Shown in pieces: positions 52,065-64,000 of a stretch of 64,000 nucleotides of DNA. Below the pieces are notes generated by a model. That model had not been told where the DNA came from and ran no database searches. It saw only the letters and a program-made list of their open reading frames with translations. Origin of the DNA: Marsupella aquatica (taxonomy: Eukaryota > Plantae > Marchantiophyta); NCBI GenBank assembly GCA_973895155.1, contig OZ316897.1:18572457-18636456 (forward strand). Reading direction: 5' to 3'. The stretch's first letter is position 1; the number at the start of each line of letters is the position of its first letter. The position numbers were made by a program, and so were the translations under genes.

Positions 52065-53345
52065 TCAGTTTCCATGCATGCATGTGGCCCCCCTAGGACC
52101 GGACCAATGAGAGCGGAACTAGTGGGGGGCCTTGACTTAGATTTCCATGAATTTTACTTTTGGGGGTGTGATAAGCTCGCGTGCGAGCTTCATCCAAACC
52201 TTCAAGCTAGGATGACACCCTGAAAGTTTCAAAGGTCAGTTTAGATGCATGCATCTGGCCCTGGATTTTATTTTTTCCTGGTCCTGGATGTAAGTGGGGG
52301 ATTTGTCTTGACTTCCACGAATTTCCTTTTTGGGAGTGATAAGCATATATCACACTGCCAAAAAAACAGGAACTAGCCAAACGTGGAGACATGCTCTCAA
52401 AGGCAAAAGACCCAATAAAAAAGGGGGGGGGAATGCTACTAGCTAGAATGGGGGATGGGAAGGACCCCAAGGAGACCAGAGAGGCCGAGAAGCTGGCATG
52501 GGACCTCCAGCCAAACCTACTAGCTAGAATGGCATCCTATAAGGTTTATAGGTGCTGAGTTTCGATGCATGCATCTGGCCATAAGAGACTGGCGGGGAAA
52601 CTCTCTTAGATTCCCATAAATTTATTTTTGGGGAGAGATAAGCTCTAATGGAACCTCCAGCTAGACCTACAAGCTCGGATGGCATGCTAAAAGGTACTGA
52701 GTTTGGATGCACGTACGTGGCAATAAGAGATACTAAAGGGGGATTATCTTACATTATTTTTTGGGGAATGATAAGCTTGCATGGAGCCTCCATCCAAACC
52801 TACAGGCTAGGATGGTATCCTAAGGGTAATAAGATATAAGCTCGCATGGGACCTTCAGCCAAACCTATGAGGTAGGATGGCATCATAAAAGCCTTTAAGG
52901 TACCGAGTTTCAATGCAAGCATCTGGCAATGAGATACTAGAGAGGGATTTCTCTTAGACTTCCATACATTTATATTTTGGGAGTAGTAAGCTTGTATGGA
53001 CCTTCCATCCAAGCCTATGAGTTAGGATGGCATCTTAAACTTCTGGCTGAGTTCTGATGCATGCATGGGGCTGACGAGTGAGAGATGCTGGTGTGGGATT
53101 TCTATTGTGCCATACATTAATTTTGGGCGAGTAATAAGCTCACATGGAACCACCATCCAAACCTATTAGCTAGGACAGCATCTAAAATGTTTTGAAGGAA
53201 GTGAGTTTCGATGCATGCATGTGGCTGACCAATGAGCGATACTAGATGGGGATTTCTTTTAGATTTTCATGTATTTATGTCCCTAGTTGTAAGCTCACAA
53301 GGGATCTCCATCCAAACTTACAAGCTAGGATGGCATCCAATGCAC
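52065..53345 (+). repeat. Tandem array of ~150-bp units (7-8 copies), interrupted at about 52350-52490
   Basis: AAGCT...CCATCCAAACCTA.AAGCTAGGATGGCATC...GATGCATGCAT.TGGC recurs at about 52172, 52491, 52640, 52773, 52838, 52988, 53136, 53291. Confidence 0.88.
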
Positions 53346-53869
53346 ATTTGTTTTTAGGGTTTAAAGGTTCCATGCATATATCTATGGCTCCCAAGACCAC
53401 TGAGTGAATACTTCCATTTCTTGCCATTCATCCTTGTGTGAATTATAAGTTTGCATAACCTATTGATTGTCCAATCAATACACCACAAACAACTCTTCAC
53501 CTACTGCATGATGGATTCTGAATTATAATAGAATGGGATTTACTAGGAACCAAGTGTCGAGATTTTGGTCACACAGCTCTCCTCCACGAAGAAGGTGGTA
53601 GTCAAACATCTCAAATATTAGGCTGCCCGCAAACTTTACACAGTCTGTTAAAGACATGGTCCGGCCTGGAGACCACAGGCCCAGAATGGTTGCTTTGGGC
53701 ACCTCTACCAGGGCCTACAATGTTTTTATCGAGAATCTGACAAAACTGGCTGACTGATGCTGTAAACACAAAGGAGATCCCTTGACCCCAGTCAATTGAA
53801 ACAGCATACCTATTGGCAGCCCCTGCCAGAAAGGGTGACCATTGTCAGAGGTTTGGGCAAACTTCCACT

Positions 53870-55620
53870 CGCACCTTCATCTCTCATCTCTCCTGCTCCT
53901 ATGTTTTTGGTCTGCATCCTTACTTTCAATTACACCATTAGTTAGAGTCATGGACTAGAGGCTTCACCCTAGACAGTAGGCCCAACAAGTAGGTTTTGAT
54001 TGCTATTATAGCATGCTCATCCTGGAACATGCTTGATTTTTTTGTCTAGTAATGATTTCAAAGTAAATAAAATATGAGAGCATAACTAGAAGGATAAAGT
54101 GTCTGCCAAGAAAAGCTGAGTGACCAATGAAAAGTACAGTCAAGTTTTATGACACAACAATGCTATGATTTGTGCACTTAATTCAATGTGCCTTATGAAT
54201 GATACTCATTTCAATAAAAACCATAACTTAGTAAAGAAAGACATGAGGGGAACTTATGACACTATGTGTTCATGTTATTCAGAATCATTTCTCACTCACT
54301 AGAATACTTTGTTCAAGTGGTGGAGCCATTGGTTTCTCTCTAAGAGATCACAAACTTTAAAAGTTAAGGGGGCTGCCAAAATAAGTCCAAAATACTCTAG
54401 AACACCTAAAATTAAAGGGGTCCAAAAATTAATTAAAAATGTATATGATACAAAGGCTGCCCCTTGAAAAGACATAATTGAAATAAAAATACATGACACA
54501 AAAAATCTGAAGAAGACAAAATTTGAAAGGAGGATTTACCATTAGAGCAGCTTCAAAAAATTCCTGATATTCCAGCTTTTGATTGCGATTGTATACTTGC
54601 TAGCCTGATTATCATGTACATGGAGTTGATGGCAACAATTGACATTGCAAATTAAAATAAGATCCCTTACTATTTCCAATTCATCGTTGTCCCCATTGTC
54701 TCCATCCCTGTTTTCTGCTTGCACCCTCACTTTCAGTTATGCCCTTAGAATCACAATATACCCTTATCCCTATTTTTTGTCTCCACTCTAGCTTTTAATT
54801 ATGTCCTTAGACTCATTGTCCAGAGGCTTCACTCTAGACAGTAGGCATGTGCAGTAGCTTTTGATTGCGATTCTATACTTATCGATTGGCTTCCATGGCA
54901 TTTGACCAGCCATAACCAGATCCAGTACCCATACATGGCGCTAGTGCTTGGCATCCTCATTGTAGTTTCCTCAAAACATCTAGAACAATGTTATGCACCA
55001 TTATGTTCAGTAAGGAGCCTTATTATCCATTCCTTGAACATAAATAGTGATTCAAAGAAAACAAAACCTTACAGAAAAAAAGATTCCATGCTATGTCCTG
55101 GTCATATTTGCTCCCATCCCTATTTTCTGTTTGCACCCTCACTTTCAGTTATGCCCTCACTTAGAGTCAGGGTCTAGAGCTTCCCTCTAGGCACTAGGCC
55201 AAGGGAGTAGATTTTGATTAGGCTTCACTCTAGACAGTAACCAAGGGAGTAGGTTTAGGGTTCGAAGGCTAGTAGGTAGATAGACTAGCCTGATTATCTC
55301 GTTCTTGAACATGAATAGAAATGAATAAAATTTCTTTTGCAAAAAAGGAATTCTATGTTTTTTCTTGTTCATCGTTGCCCCCAAATGTAATTTTTGTCCA
55401 CCCTCACTTTGAGTTTTGTCTTTGTTTAGAGTTAGGTCTAGAGGCTTCAATTATTTACTTATTTAATTTTTTTAGAGGCTTCACTCTTGACAACCCTTGA
55501 CAACCCTTTGTAGCTTTACACTAGCTTTCTTCGTAAGCTTGGCTTCCAGTGCCTTTGACCAGCCAGATGAGGCACCCACACATTTTGCAGTCATACTTGG
55601 CATCCTCATTGTCGACTCCT
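53870..55620 (+). repeat. Cluster of the CTAGAGGCTTCACTCTAGACAGTAGG repeat family
   Basis: Cores near 53955, 54821, 55174, 55220, 55438 and 55473, with shared CACCCTCACTTT flanks. Confidence 0.7.
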
Positions 55621-57079
55621 CAAAAGATATGCAACTTGCCATTCAATGCTATGAACTCGTATGTTGAGTAAGGATCTTGATTTGGGAGTGCCAAAAGTTG
55701 AAGAAGGCTTTGGTTCCTCGTGGAGTGAAGAATGAACCCATCAATTTGTCTCTACACTCGCAATCTCGAGGACCAGGTGAGTCTCTGTCTATGGCGATTA
55801 ACTCTGGCATCCCAGAATCCTCGATTCTGAATTGCTTGTTACCATCTTCGATAACATGCCAACAACTCTTCCTGGCAGTTTTGGTGGCAATCTCGTCCAC
55901 AGCAACGTCACCCGGGATTTCTGGGAGAAGTTCGTCCCACCAAGAAGAGCCTCTTTGAGAGCCCATAATTGTAACTATTTGACAGCTGCTACATGGTGAA
56001 TAGACATTTTTGCTTGATCGCAGGTCTGTCCTGTAGAGTCCTCTTTCATTCCGTGTAGAAAGTGTCTTCCGATCAGAATCAATGGCATCAGTTTCCATTG
56101 CCTCCGTGGCGTGATCTTGCGAAATCTCACAGATTGATTGGTGAAGCAAAGCAGAGTAGCCGGAGGAACATCACAGATTTCCATTGCCCTGACTTTGGAG
56201 GATCCAATTTGGCCTTTGGATTCCACAGGATTGGCTTTTGTATTGTCTGGGTTCGTCCTATTAGATGCAACTCTGCACCCGAGGCCTATTTTTGAAATTC
56301 CCTAACAGCAATAACAGAAAAGCAAGATGGGAAGTTGCTAGAAATTCCAGCCCCATGGAAGAGGTATGGGTGTTTCTCACAGCTTTAGACGAAGAGTTCC
56401 CAGAGAGGCAATTTCGCTTAATTGTGATACCGCTGGAGACTCTGTGAACAGAGTAGGTTCTGTTCGTGCCCTCGTGGCTTTGCCTGAGTTACCAGCTGTT
56501 GTAACTATGGCTAACGTTTGTATGATGGGGCTTTAAAGTGAACCTACCTCCTTGGATTCTACTTTGAACCTTTGCTGCATTCATATTCCATTCTGGAGCT
56601 CGTCGACACCTTCCCTAGCTACCATCTCCTCGAAGACACCCTCAACTCATTCCGAATTTCAAATCGAGCTAAATTACATTGCAAGCTTCTTGCCGGCTTT
56701 CTGGGTACTCAATTCATTTCATGTACTTTTTAGGGCTTTAGCTGGAATCATTCTGCGTGCATTTGTGATGGGATTGAGTACGAGTCATGGCTTTCGCTGT
56801 GCGTTGAAGTGTGCGCTAGGCTGACTGGTAACTTGGAATCAATGCCTTCTGCTAGTGTACAAGCATGATTGATTGGACGTTCACTGTTTTAATACCAAAT
56901 CTGCAGTCCGAATTTATGATGGAGGTTTGGCTAGAGCTAGACCTACCCTTTTGGATTGGAGAAAACAGAGTTGCATTTCTTGCCATTATCTACTTGTTAC
57001 ATTTCGGTAAATGAGAATTCGAGGTAGATGATTATTGTCCACAGTCTGATCACTTTGTGTTGTGAGGTTGTCACAGCGG

Positions 57080-58790
57080 TCAAATAGTTTCAATTATTTG
57101 ATGTGCATCCAAAATCGACGCCAGAGTTTGGCCGAAGATCTTTTCTCCACGAAAACACTGCACCTCATCATCCAATTTTGCCCGATTGTGGTAGACCGGA
57201 CTATGATTCGGAAGTCTTTTGACCGAGTAGAATGTATCCTGCAATGAATGTAACTTAAGAGCCTTGGGAAGAATTAGAATTTTGGGCCAAATTTCTACTC
57301 CCTGCCAGACTTACAGGTTGAATATATTGGCAGCGATCCTTCGCACAACGGCAAATACATGTTTTCCTGCGAGACACTTCAGCCCAAATAAATCTCAACT
57401 CTGAACCCAAATGAACCTAAAAGGAGCGGAACGGAATTTTTTGTCCTAAAGATTATACAATTGTAAATTGTAGATGACAACACGAACAGGATCCGAGATG
57501 ATTTCTTCGGGCGCGGTGTGCACTTGGCCATGGTTGCGAAAACCAAACCAAAGAAATGGCAAGTATTTCTATTTTTGTGGGCAGGGAATTCAGGAGCCTT
57601 AAGGGTATACATTGATCGGAAATAAAATAAAAACACAAGTTAGAAGAACGTAAAAGCCTCCAAAAAGCGATAAAGCGAGACCCATGACATGAAGCCCCCA
57701 TGAGTGTCATTCGTATTTGAACCTCAACATACTCAGGGGCAAATCTGTTTTGCTTTGGTGGAAGTACGAAAATTTGTACTCCGTCCTTTCTAAGGGGTTC
57801 TCATTCTTTGTTTCCATTTTGGAGATTTCTCAAGACAAAGATGGGAACGTAACACTGAGAAAGTGCTTTTTAGCTCGAACCCTTTGAGATTCACGTGCAT
57901 TCTTCTACGACATACGCCAGGCTCCCATTCATTAACCGTCATGATCTTTCAGTTTTAGATATCGTAGGTATTAGTTACGAAGTACACCACTTTTGATTAT
58001 CTTTAAAGAAATAGAGCAGTACTCCACTACTCCACAAGAAATATTGGAGCTCGAGTGAACATAATCTTTTCACTCGTCTTTTCAGAACAGGACTTTATCG
58101 AGATGTCCTTCAAGTCTCAGCTGTTTGTTTAAGCACCAAGAAAAAGAAAGAATCAGACAGGTTAGAAACCAACAGGTAGTTGTAAGATTACCAAAACTAC
58201 GAGAAGTGGACAACACTGTCCTACTGTAGAGTCCTGGACTGGGGCATGGACGTAAATGTACCTTCTCTTGTATGTTGATCGAAGTTAGTAGATACCTTCA
58301 CCTAACCAATCTTGCGTGAGTACTTTTAAAGTCACTAGATCAAGTCATCCGATCATTGAGAGACGTGACTGCTCGAGATCATGCAGATTCAGATTTTTTA
58401 GATTCAAAAGTACTGGATCATTCTATCAAGCTTTCCTTGCATGCTCGAATTGGTTTTATTGGCGTGCATGTTATCCATATCATTCTGTCTTTTCGTAAGG
58501 AACTGTTTCTTCATGTGTGTTGTGTGCTCGGACCGAAATCGTCGCTTACATATATCACGCGCTTGGCATGAGAATGATACAAATCGATGGACGTCTGATA
58601 AAGTAACGAGGCTCAGAACGAATTTTGTAATGATGTTGGAAGAAACCGTTAACCAATTTTGGCGGAGAGCGTTCCTTGAACTGATAGAACTTAGTCAACA
58701 GACTTGTTAAATACGTAACTCCAGGACTGCAATGAATGATTCTGTCAAAGGTTTCCGCATCCGCAGATAAACGGTGATTAACGACCTTCA
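57080..58790 (-). pseudogene. Possible decayed multi-exon gene of unknown function
   Basis: Several CAG/GTAAGT-bounded segments join into protein-like text (KTCICRCAKDRCQYIQP|DTFYSVKRLP...IIETI*), but neighbouring segments contain stops. Confidence 0.25.
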
Positions 58791-59852
58791 CAACACGAGA
58801 AATATATACAGAGCCTCAGTCGAAAGGCTTTTTGTGAGCTCAACAAGTACATTTTATCATCCGGAACTCCGACAAAGCACAGCCCACAAATAACGGAGGT
58901 TGTTTGTTGTTTTGTGGGTTTTACCTGTCCTCCAACTTCCTGGAGCTTTATATAATTCATTTGAATCATTTTCTGTAAGACTTTATGTACTGAGCTTGGA
59001 GGGTCCTTCTGAATTATGTATGTACTCCGTATGCATCAAAGCAATTACCGAAGGAAAACAGAAGACGAAAGCAAAGACAGCCGAACTATTTCTCAAAGCT
59101 GTTCTATGATTAAAGACGGTGGCAATTGAACTTGCATAGTGTCCAATATAATTGAGTTTCAATCTCCAATAATGCCCCTACGGAGATGTAGATAAAGTCT
59201 TAACCAGAGATCGATTAGAGTCTTTCACTATCAGTAGCTGAGGGACTTCGAGGTCAATCAATTCATCTCCCAAGTGAGGGACTGTTGAAAACTTTTTCTT
59301 GAACCCACAAACTATGAATCCCAGCAGATATAAAGATGCAGTTTATCGAGCCCAATTCAGGCAGCATTGCGGTTCTCGCCTTCATAGCGAGAGATAACAG
59401 GTGGTACCAACTTCACCACCTGGGTGGCGAACTGCTCGAAAAACGTGTTGTACCCACACGTAGGCTGTAATCATTAATCTGCCGAATGAGTCCAGACACA
59501 TAGCGAACAAATTAGCATATCTACGGAAAACTTTCGGCCGTTTGCTCCGACGTGAACGACAATCAGGTTTGGTCGGATATGCGTTAACTACTGAGTGCAC
59601 GGAACGTGCTGTGAATTTGGAGCAGCGCTAGTCTCCTGGTCCCTGTCTACCTCCTATGTCAGGCTACTCGATTGGGTATATAATCCCATCTATAAGGCCA
59701 TCTCAATCCATGATGAGGCTCTGCAAGGTGAGGACTAGAATTTACGAACAAAATTCGCCCAAGTTGGACACCTAAGGAAACTAGTGTACGTACGTAGAAG
59801 GGTCAGCTCGCTTCCAATGTTAGTTCACAGCTTTCGGACCAAGCTCAAAACT

Positions 59853-62800
59853 ATGGCATCCGTTATGTATTGTCTGTTATCGGTGTGGCTTCTCGCCTCG
59901 CAGCTCGATGGCACGGAAGCTATGATGACGAGAGATCCGATGACCAAAGCTGCAGCCCAGGATAATTTGGCCACCGAAGATACACATCAGGTAAATTCGG
60001 ATGGAAAGTCATGGCATCACGCGCCGGTTATAGAAACTGAGATATATTCTATACTACAATATTGCTTGCTCATGATTGGAACAAGGTTAGTCTGAAGTGT
60101 TGAGAACATTCTCAAGAAGTCGGACGTCGAGTTTTGAAATGAAGGAAGATGCCTAGTACGTGATTAGAACTTCGAACTAAATATGAGTATACACTTTGAT
60201 CCGCTAAATAATTGCGAGCCTCGTACATACTAATTGCGCGCCTCGTACATACAGCATTTCAAAGTCGGTTAAATCCCCCAACACACCGGACGATAACCCA
60301 TTTCTGTTTGAATAATTCGCTGCAAGGCTGAAATCGCCTTCATGGTCCTTCGATAGATTCCCGACCTAGATGATAGGAGCAGTTGGCCATATAGCCCGCT
60401 ATATAGCTGGTCGAAATGTAATTTAGTGAAGGGTGATCTTCATCCCTGCAGGTGCATATCGTGTACATGGGAGGAGTAAACGAGAGGACGACGACCAATG
60501 ATTTTAAATTTCACTCGTCGATGCTTCAAGAAGCCATGGGCAGGTAGACATCACTTACATCTTGATCCATGCTTTTTATAATTCAGAAAGCCGGAGCGAT
60601 GTCCTCGCAATACGAAATTGCTAGTTTGGCAACAATCCCTACTGGGCTATGCAATTTTGGTCGATCTGGTAGACTGAACTCACGAAATTTGTGAATGCTA
60701 AATCTCTAGGGGCTGTTCATTTGTCTGCAGTGCGGATGACGTTTCGCAGCACATTCTGTACAGCTACACAAAGAGCTTCAATGGGTTCGCTGCTGTTTTC
60801 TCCGACCGTCATGCAGAGTCAATAAGAGGTGATCGGAGGGGACCTCAGGAACGTCGATCATATCATCAAACACAATAATAGAACATTGTCTTCCTTTGTA
60901 CCTAAGTTGACTGTGCAAGCAATACAACCCTTTCTCTGCATGTAATGTGTTTAGAATGGATCTGGATTATCTAGTTAAACGTCTAGCTTGATCATTGTCA
61001 CTGTATATGCTGACATTCCTTTGCAACGCTAATAATAGTGCAGACTTTAGTTTAGGAATTGGGATGTAAACCGAATTCAGGTGGTCAACTGTTTACATCA
61101 GTGTACACTCCTGCTTTCATTTGCACGCGGGAAATGCAACACTCATTCTTCGTTGTGGCTGTACCAACTGATCGTTTTGCAGGAATGGAAGGAGTTGTCT
61201 CCGTGTTCAAGTCCGAAATTACGAAGCCTCAGACGACCGACTCGTGGAGGTTTTTGGGACTAAGTCCAACTCAAGGACTCTGGCCTCAGTCAAATTTTGG
61301 GATGGGCACCATTGTTGGGATCATCGATACCGGTGCGTAAGTTTGGTGTGTCCTTGCCACGCCCGCGCTGCAGACTGGAGTTGTCTTCGGCTATATCACA
61401 TAGTTACATGTGACTCGATTTTGTCAGCCCTTACTCGTCCCTATTACAATTGATGTCCAGCTCTCTCACTCTAGATTGAGAAGGCACTGAATATGTGGAC
61501 CCTGCACACTCATGTCCGGCTCTGTCTCACAACTGACCATGTCCACGCAGGGGTATGGCCCGAATCTAAGAGTTTCAACGATGACGGCTTCGGGCTCATT
61601 CCGTCCAGATGGAAAGGGGGATGCATTGCAGGGGAAAATTTTACTTCCTCACTATGCAACAAGTGAGAGTCTGAGCTGAGTCCGCTATACAAATAATATG
61701 TATCTTAGACAGTAGTGACTTGTATCTTACCTAAGCTACTGGTCATAGTCAGGCTTTGATGCAATTGATTAAAGACATGATTCTCTCCAAACGATTCTAC
61801 GCTGAGACTTTTTGATTGTAACGTCAATGTTTTGATTAGAAGAAGGTATGGGTACGTTGGTAGAGATGTTTTTTCTCAACCGACCAAATCAATCGTTCTA
61901 TGGCAGGAGTTAACTCGCATTACGGGTCTTGTACGAGGGTTTGGAAGCTGCAACTGATCGGAAGGGAATTGCTTTGGATATCTAATTCGAGCGTTGACGG
62001 AAACTGTTTGTCCCACAAATGATGTGGCTGCAGAAAACTTATCGGGGCTAAATTCTACTCCAAAGGATCGGAAAAGCAAAGTGGCCCAATCATCGCCCCA
62101 GAATTCAAGTCTCCAAGAGACGCGCAAGGCCATGGGACACACACAAGTTCAACTGCTGCAGGCAGACGAGTTGCCGATGCCAGCTTCTTAGGCGTCGCTA
62201 ATGGGACGGCCACGGGTGGGGCACCTGAAGCAAGGGTTGCAATGTACAAAGCGTGCTGGTATGAATCATGTAGCGATGCAGATGTGCTTGCCGCCTTCGA
62301 AGATGCGATCGCAGACGGGGTCGACCTCTTATCCATCTCCCTCGGTGGACTCCCTATGGACTATATGAGTGACGCCTCAGCTATCGGCAGTTTTCACGCG
62401 GTGGCGAAAGGGATAGTCGTTTCTTGCTCTGCTGGAAACTCGGGCCCTTCGATGGGCACCGTCTCCAACATTGCGCCCTGGATATTTACCGTGGGCGCAA
62501 GCACAACTGATCGAGTATTCGTGGCAGATGTCGACCTCGGGGACAGAGCCACCGTCCAGGTGAGATATCAGTTTTGAAACCAGTGAATTGTGCATATCAA
62601 CTGCTTAGATATCAATCGTGGTTGAACGATCGCCAAAATTTGTTGCACGCAGGAAAATTTGCCAATGGCAAGTATTTGTGTTTTGTAGATCAAGATCTTA
62701 CGCATCTTTAATTGGTCAATTAGGTCGATTTGTGTTCGAAAGAAATTGTCTCCATTGGGAAGTAGAACATCATTTGCATCTAAAACTTCATGTCAAATAT

Positions 62801-64000
62801 CTTCACTCTCGGGCCAATTATTGGCAAAGCGCGTAACTTGCGTCTTGACATTCCTGATGCAGGGAATTGCACTCAACACGTTCGAGATGAATTCGTCGTA
62901 CCCACTTGTATATGCAGGGGATATACCTGCTGACAATCAGAGCACAGCTGATTGTTATTCCTCTCTCAATCAGACAATGGCAAAAGAAAAGGTTATCTTG
63001 TGCCAGGGGCAAGTTTCACCTTTGATGAACGAAGATCTACCACTTTGGGGCAGCGTAGGATACATAGCTATAACCAACCAGGACATGAGCGTTCAGTTCG
63101 ATACAACCATGCCTAGTACGAATGTGGGCATTACGACTGGCGCCAGTATCCTGAAGTACGCGAGAAGCAGCAAGTAAGTCTCCAGCCCTTCACATTCATG
63201 ACTTTATGTAGACATGATTCTGAAGCCATAGGTAGATCAGATATAAGACTAGGTCATGATTCTGCGACTTAAAACCTATGGCTGGTTGAATTTACTTGTT
63301 AAAACAAAACCGAATCTTCTTACATGGTTCGAAAGGTCAGGACTGACTGGATTGTTTCACAGAGTAGCCCTGAGAGCCTATCTTCTGTTTGAGTTTGTTC
63401 TGTGACCAAACAATTGTCTGACTTTTTACCGAGTTCTCGCCAGATAGGTTCTGATAATACGACATTTGAGTCATAGATGTGATTTTGGTGATAAAGGTCT
63501 TCAGTAGATGTTCTCTTAATTATACCCAAGCAGATGTATCAATTGATCTTTTGTTGACAAGTTCTTAAAAAAGTTCAAGGATGAACTCTGTCACTTGAGG
63601 CATTTCTGTCAGTTTGCATCTCAAATGAGAGGATGATCTTGAACTCAAAGTCTTGGGAGTAGACAACAGTAGTTCCAATAAAATTAACTTGTCGAATCTT
63701 CCGTTGAATTTCATGGGGAAGATGGAAATGCTCTGTTCAATCTTTCTTTCACAGCAGTGTTTTAGCATTCGCAAAGTCGTGGTCTAATAAGTCCGGGTTT
63801 GCATGTCTAATTTGGTGTCTCGGCAGAAACCCTATGGCAAAAATCCGTCGATCCACCTCGCTATTCAACACTACAGCACCTGTAATTATGGGTTACTTCT
63901 CATCATCGGGCCCTAACCCGGTGACACTGGGCATTCATAAGGCGAGCAACTTTCCTCGTTCACACCTACAGTCACCTTTTCTAAAAGCGAGCTTTGCTTA
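59853..64000 (+). CDS. SBT: Subtilisin-like serine protease (S8A subtilase), truncated by the window end
   Basis: Signal peptide; I9 prodomain VHIVYMG and [13 protein letters not shown]; [10 protein letters not shown]; catalytic IIDTG and [12 protein letters not shown]; SAGNSGP; PA domain; FSSSGPN. Exons start at 59853, 60452, 60731, 61183, 61551, 62034, 62863, 63827. Confidence 0.95.

Overview
Eukaryotic, intron-rich land-plant nuclear DNA. A bryophyte or liverwort source is my inference from gene content and repeat style. Most ORF-track entries are spurious or are exon fragments. Host genes: two head-to-head family-1 UDP-glycosyltransferases (UGTs) in a ~4 kb inverted duplication (13.1-25.7 kb), a plastid C-terminal processing peptidase (CtpA, S41; 31.5-36.0 kb), a SABP2/MES-family alpha/beta hydrolase with Asn at the nucleophile position (38.3-41.8 kb), a DUF3339 small membrane protein (51.4-51.6 kb) and a subtilase running off the right edge (59.9-64 kb). 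Intergenic DNA holds LTR remnants (one solo LTR with a target-site duplication, TSD), a Gypsy RT relic, TA-flanked terminal-inverted-repeat (TIR) elements, tRNA-derived SINE heads and two promoter-adjacent tandem arrays. The most unusual locus is at 0.4-5.3 kb: a spliced gene encoding an NLS, a ParB/Srx-like domain and a beta-class N4C/N6A DNA-methyltransferase-like domain. This is a prokaryote/phage-type architecture. The gene is surrounded and interrupted by about 9 copies of a 21-bp palindrome, GGCTCGAGATC(A/G)TCTCGAGCC, plus 7 clustered half-sites, suggesting a ParB/parS-like or methyltransferase/target-site module in a plant mobile element. All domain calls are motif recognition by eye; no searches were run.
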